From Chitinophaga pinensis (GTDB lineage Bacteria; Bacteroidota; Bacteroidia; NS11-12g; UBA9320), in assembly GCA_945890595.1 (NCBI GenBank), contig CAMDCQ010000003.1, positions 1 to 33,433 of the forward strand: a stretch of 33,433 nucleotides of DNA, read 5' to 3'. Both the position numbers and the translations under genes were made by a program. The notes beneath the pieces are model-generated. The model was not told the origin of the DNA and did no database searches. It was given only the letters and a program-made list of their open reading frames with translations. This document shows, piece after piece, positions 29,783 to 33,433 of this stretch (its first letter is position 1; each line of letters begins with the position of its first letter).

Positions 29783-29849
29783 TTATGCTCTGCTAAAAAA
29801 CGGTGCAAACCTATCCAAATAAGTGGGAATAACTGTTTTCTATTTAACC

Positions 29850-31517
29850 CTAGCTTAATCCAGTAATGACACCATTGTTATCTATGTCCATTCCTTCGCT
29901 GGCAGGTATTGCAGGCAAGCCTGGCATACGCATCATGTTTCCTAAAATAGGAATAAGAAATCCAGCGCCAGCTGCTATTTCAAATTCACGCACGGTGATT
30001 CTAAAGCCAGAAGGACGGCCGGTTAACTTCTCATTATCCGAAAATGATTTTTGGGTTTTTGCCATACAAATCGGCAATTGATCTAATCCAAGCTTTGCTA
30101 TGGTTCTTAATCCTGCTTCTGCCTCCGTAGCGTAATCTACACCGTCAGCACCGTATATTTCCTTGGCAATAGTTTCTATTTTTTCTTTTACAGGACTTGA
30201 CCAGTCATAAAGCGGTTTGAAATTACTCTTGCCACTTTCTATTTCTGCTACAACAGCTCTAGCCAAATCAGCAGTTCCATTACCTCCTTCAGCCCATCCT
30301 TTACTTAATACTGCTTTCACACCTACACTCGCGCATTTCTCTATCAGCCAATCTATCTCTTCTTGACTATCGGTATAAAAGTTATTAATTGCCACAACAC
30401 GCTGCAAGCCAAATTTAGCCATGTTTTCAAGGTGTTTTTCTAAGTTAGCGAATCCTTTTTGCACGCGTTCTAAACTAGCTGTATTGTACTCGTCTGCAGG
30501 CGAGCCTCCGTGGTGTCTTAACGCTCTAATAGTAGCTACAATGACTACCGCTTTGGGTTTTAGCCCTGCATAACCACATTTAATATCCAAGAATTTTTCT
30601 GCACCTAAATCTGCACCAAATCCTGCTTCGGTTACCACATAATCAGATAAACTCATACCCATTTTGGTAGCAATTATGGTATTAGTTCCTTGCGCTATGT
30701 TAGCGAATGGACCACCGTGAATAATGGCAGGATTGTGCTCCAATGTTTGCACTAAATTTGGTTTTATAGCATCCTTAAGCAATAAGGTCATTGCATTTTG
30801 CGCATTTAAATCACGAGCATATATAGGCTTTCTGTCGAAAGTGTAACCAACGAAAATATTACCCAACTTCTCTTTCAAATCATCTATGCTTTTAGCCATG
30901 CATAAAATAGCCATAACCTCACTAGCTGCAGTTATATTAAAGCCATCTTGCCTAGGAATACCATTCCCAGTACCTCCTAAACCAATCGTGATATCGCGCA
31001 AGGCACGATCATTCATATCTATAACTCGTTTCCAAATTATGGTGCGTGGGTCAATTCCCAGATTTCGTGTTTTACTCTGAATATTATTATCTATAAGCGC
31101 ACTCAGTAGATTATTTGCTTTTTCAATAGCCCCAAAATCACCGGTAAAATGGAGATTGATGTCTTCCATCGGCACAACTTGAGAATAGCCACCACCCGCA
31201 GCGCCACCTTTAATCCCAAAAACAGGACCCAGAGACGGTTCACGCAAAACCACTACAGATTTTTTACCAATTTTATTTAAACCTTCATTAAGCCCAATAG
31301 AAACTGTTGTTTTCCCTTCACCCGCCGGAGTAGGCGTTAAGGCCGTTACAAGTATTAGATTGCTCTTAGCTACCTTATCCTCGTCAATAAGACTAAGCGG
31401 TAATTTGGCTTTATATTTACCGTATTGTTCTAAATCATCCGCATCTATATTTAACTTAGCAGCAATTGTATTTATGTGCTGCATTTCTACTTTTTGGGCA
31501 ATGTCTAAATCTGTCAT
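29850..31517 (-). CDS. fhs: Formate--tetrahydrofolate ligase
   Basis: TPTPAGEGKTT, GIKGGAAGGGY, LHFTGD, HGGPFANIA and TEAGFGADLGAEKF. Confidence 0.97.
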   Translation of the reverse strand: MTDLDIAQKVEMQHINTIAAKLNIDADDLEQYGKYKAKLPLSLIDEDKVAKSNLILVTALTPTPAGEGKTTVSIGLNEGLNKIGKKSVVVLREPSLGPVFGIKGGAAGGGYSQVVPMEDINLHFTGDFGAIEKANNLLSALIDNNIQSKTRNLGIDPRTIIWKRVIDMNDRALRDITIGLGGTGNGIPRQDGFNITAASEVMAILCMAKSIDDLKEKLGNIFVGYTFDRKPIYARDLNAQNAMTLLLKDAIKPNLVQTLEHNPAIIHGGPFANIAQGTNTIIATKMGMSLSDYVVTEAGFGADLGAEKFLDIKCGYAGLKPKAVVIVATIRALRHHGGSPADEYNTASLERVQKGFANLEKHLENMAKFGLQRVVAINNFYTDSQEEIDWLIEKCASVGVKAVLSKGWAEGGNGTADLARAVVAEIESGKSNFKPLYDWSSPVKEKIETIAKEIYGADGVDYATEAEAGLRTIAKLGLDQLPICMAKTQKSFSDNEKLTGRPSGFRITVREFEIAAGAGFLIPILGNMMRMPGLPAIPASEGMDIDNNGVITGLS

Positions 31518-31689
31518 ACTGTTCTAATTCTGAACGAATATACCATTTGAAGGTATCCACACATCTTTAAACCTATTCTAAATGTCTAACTTTGACCACA
31601 GGTTAGCATCTCTTTTTATCTTTTAGGTGAGGTAAACGATGCTATAAGAACCCACTTTAATACCATTAACCCCTTGTACAAAAATACGA

Positions 31690-32298
31690 ATGAGCGATTT
31701 TACAAAAACCTATTTAGCCTTGGGAGATAGCTATACTAGCGGCACTTCCATTGCGTTCCCCGTAAATTTTCCCAATCAGCTTGCCGATAGCATCCACGCT
31801 CTTACAGGCAAAACTATGGCCGTTAAAATTGTGGCACAAAACGCATGGAGAACCGACGATTTACAAAGAGCAATAAAACGAAGTGATTTAGATGAAACCT
31901 ATGATCTTGTTTCGCTACTTATTGGAGTTAATAATCAATATCAAGGTTTACCATTAGCTGATTTTGAGAGAGACTTTAGGCGCCTTTTGGATACCGCTAT
32001 TACCTTTTCGGGAAATAACAAGAATCGTGTTTTTGTGCTGTCCATTCCAAATTATGGATACACTCCTTATGGTGCAGAAAAAAAGGAACAAATCACCGAA
32101 GAACTAGCCTTATTTAATGCACTTTCCGAATCTATATGTAACGAATCAGGCATTGATTATTTCGATGTTACTGAAATCTCGTTGGAAGCAGAAAACAATC
32201 CGGACTATAGAGCCGGTGACAACCTGCACCCTTCTGCTTTACAGTATACAGCGTGGGTATCCTCTATTATCGATCGGGTACTAGAGAAACTCAACTGA
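31690..32298 (+). CDS. SGNH/GDSL hydrolase
   Basis: LALGDSYT (Ser), IGVNNQY (Asn) and DNLHPS (Asp/His); TAACTTTG -7 element at 31587-31594. Confidence 0.9.
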   Translation: MSDFTKTYLALGDSYTSGTSIAFPVNFPNQLADSIHALTGKTMAVKIVAQNAWRTDDLQRAIKRSDLDETYDLVSLLIGVNNQYQGLPLADFERDFRRLLDTAITFSGNNKNRVFVLSIPNYGYTPYGAEKKEQITEELALFNALSESICNESGIDYFDVTEISLEAENNPDYRAGDNLHPSALQYTAWVSSIIDRVLEKLN

Positions 32299-32329
32299 TA
32301 CCCTTCGCAAATTGAGTCCAGTCAAGGTA

Positions 32330-33433
32330 TTACTTAATCACTCCCATTTCCTTGCCTACTTTGATAAATGCTGCTATAGCTTTATCTAAGTGATGTTGGT
32401 CATGGCCTGCTGACATTTGAACTCTGATTCTTGCCTTACCTTTAGGCACTACAGGAAAATAAAATCCAATTACATAAATACCCTCTTCCAACATGCGTGC
32501 AGCCATTTCTTGCGCGACCTTCGCATCGTAAAGCATTAAAGGAACAATGGGATGAACGCCGGGCGTGATATCAAAACCAGCAGCAGTCATTTGCTCACGG
32601 AAATAGGTGGTGTTATATTCTAATTTGTCGCGTAATTCTGTAGTTTCACTCAGCATGTCTAGCACTGCAATACTTGCTCCTACAATACTTGGAGCTAACG
32701 TGTTAGAGAATAAATAAGGACGACTACGTTGACGCAACATTTCGATTATCTCTTTTTTACCAGAGGTGAATCCACCGCTTGCGCCACCTAATGCTTTGCC
32801 TAATGTACCAGTGATGATTTCTATTTTACCCATCACACCGCAATGTTCGTGAGTGCCTCTTCCTGTTTTTCCTAAAAATCCCGAACTATGGCACTCATCT
32901 ATCATAACGCTTGCATTGTACTTTTCTGCTAGCGCTACAATTTTATCTAGCTGAGCAATAGTACCATCCATAGAAAAAGAACCGTCAGTAACGATTACTC
33001 TATTTCGTTGTGCTTGGGAATCTTGCAACTGCTTTTCCAAATCTGCCATGTCATTGTGCTCGTATCTATAACGTACAGCTTTACACAATCTCACCCCGTC
33101 TATGATACTAGCATGGTTAAGCGAATCTGAAATTATAGCGTCCTCGGCATCAAAAAGGGGCTCGAATAACCCTCCGTTGGCATCAAATGCAGCAGCATAG
33201 AGAATCGTGTCTTCCGTACCTAAGAATTCAGAAATTTTTTGCTCTAATTCTTTGTGAATGTCTTGTGTACCGCAAATAAAACGTACCGAACTCATACCGT
33301 AACCGTGAGTATCAATAGCGTCTTTTGCTGCTTGTATTACCTTGGGATGCGAACTTAACCCCAGGTAATTATTTGCGCAAAAATTAACCACCTCTCCTGC
33401 AGTATCCGTCTTAATATCGGCTCCTTGAGGCGT
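32330..33433 (-). CDS. kbl: Glycine C-acetyltransferase (2-amino-3-ketobutyrate CoA ligase), 5' end outside window
   Basis: [33 protein letters not shown] and [12 protein letters not shown]; frame open to the window edge. Confidence 0.96.
   Translation of the reverse strand, partial: TPQGADIKTDTAGEVVNFCANNYLGLSSHPKVIQAAKDAIDTHGYGMSSVRFICGTQDIHKELEQKISEFLGTEDTILYAAAFDANGGLFEPLFDAEDAIISDSLNHASIIDGVRLCKAVRYRYEHNDMADLEKQLQDSQAQRNRVIVTDGSFSMDGTIAQLDKIVALAEKYNASVMIDECHSSGFLGKTGRGTHEHCGVMGKIEIITGTLGKALGGASGGFTSGKKEIIEMLRQRSRPYLFSNTLAPSIVGASIAVLDMLSETTELRDKLEYNTTYFREQMTAAGFDITPGVHPIVPLMLYDAKVAQEMAARMLEEGIYVIGFYFPVVPKGKARIRVQMSAGHDQHHLDKAIAAFIKVGKEMGVIK

Noticed and set aside
31518-31689. ZTP or THF riboswitch upstream of fhs
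   Set aside because: No recognisable consensus, and a TATATTCG -7-like element lies too close to the fhs start to leave room for one.

Overview
AT-rich Bacteroidota chromosome segment, identified by T9SS C-terminal domains, GldH and TAnnTTTG -7 promoters. It is mostly housekeeping genes: rsgA (3' end), glutathione peroxidase, M1 aminopeptidase, gldH, lpdA, monomeric icd, tRNA-Pro(GGG), trxA, menB, acs, ltaE, fhs and kbl (5' end cut off). There is no CRISPR array, integrase or transposase. Highlights: (1) a tripartite HipB-HipS-HipT-like kinase toxin-antitoxin module preceded by four phased TATACC-N6-GGTATA palindromes, with palindromes in the hipS-hipT spacer; (2) an atypical TPP riboswitch with an extra J2/4 hairpin and a readable translational switch, ahead of a TonB-dependent receptor; (3) a PKD/T9SS protein - ECF sigma - TM plus beta-barrel anti-sigma candidate operon with an ECF-type promoter; (4) an AAC-N17-GTT motif just upstream of four genes, three of them redox-related; (5) a diverged duplicate of the Fe-ADH 3' end bracketing an orphan outer-membrane gene, read as an insertion scar. 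All calls come from reading the sequence by eye; no searches were run.
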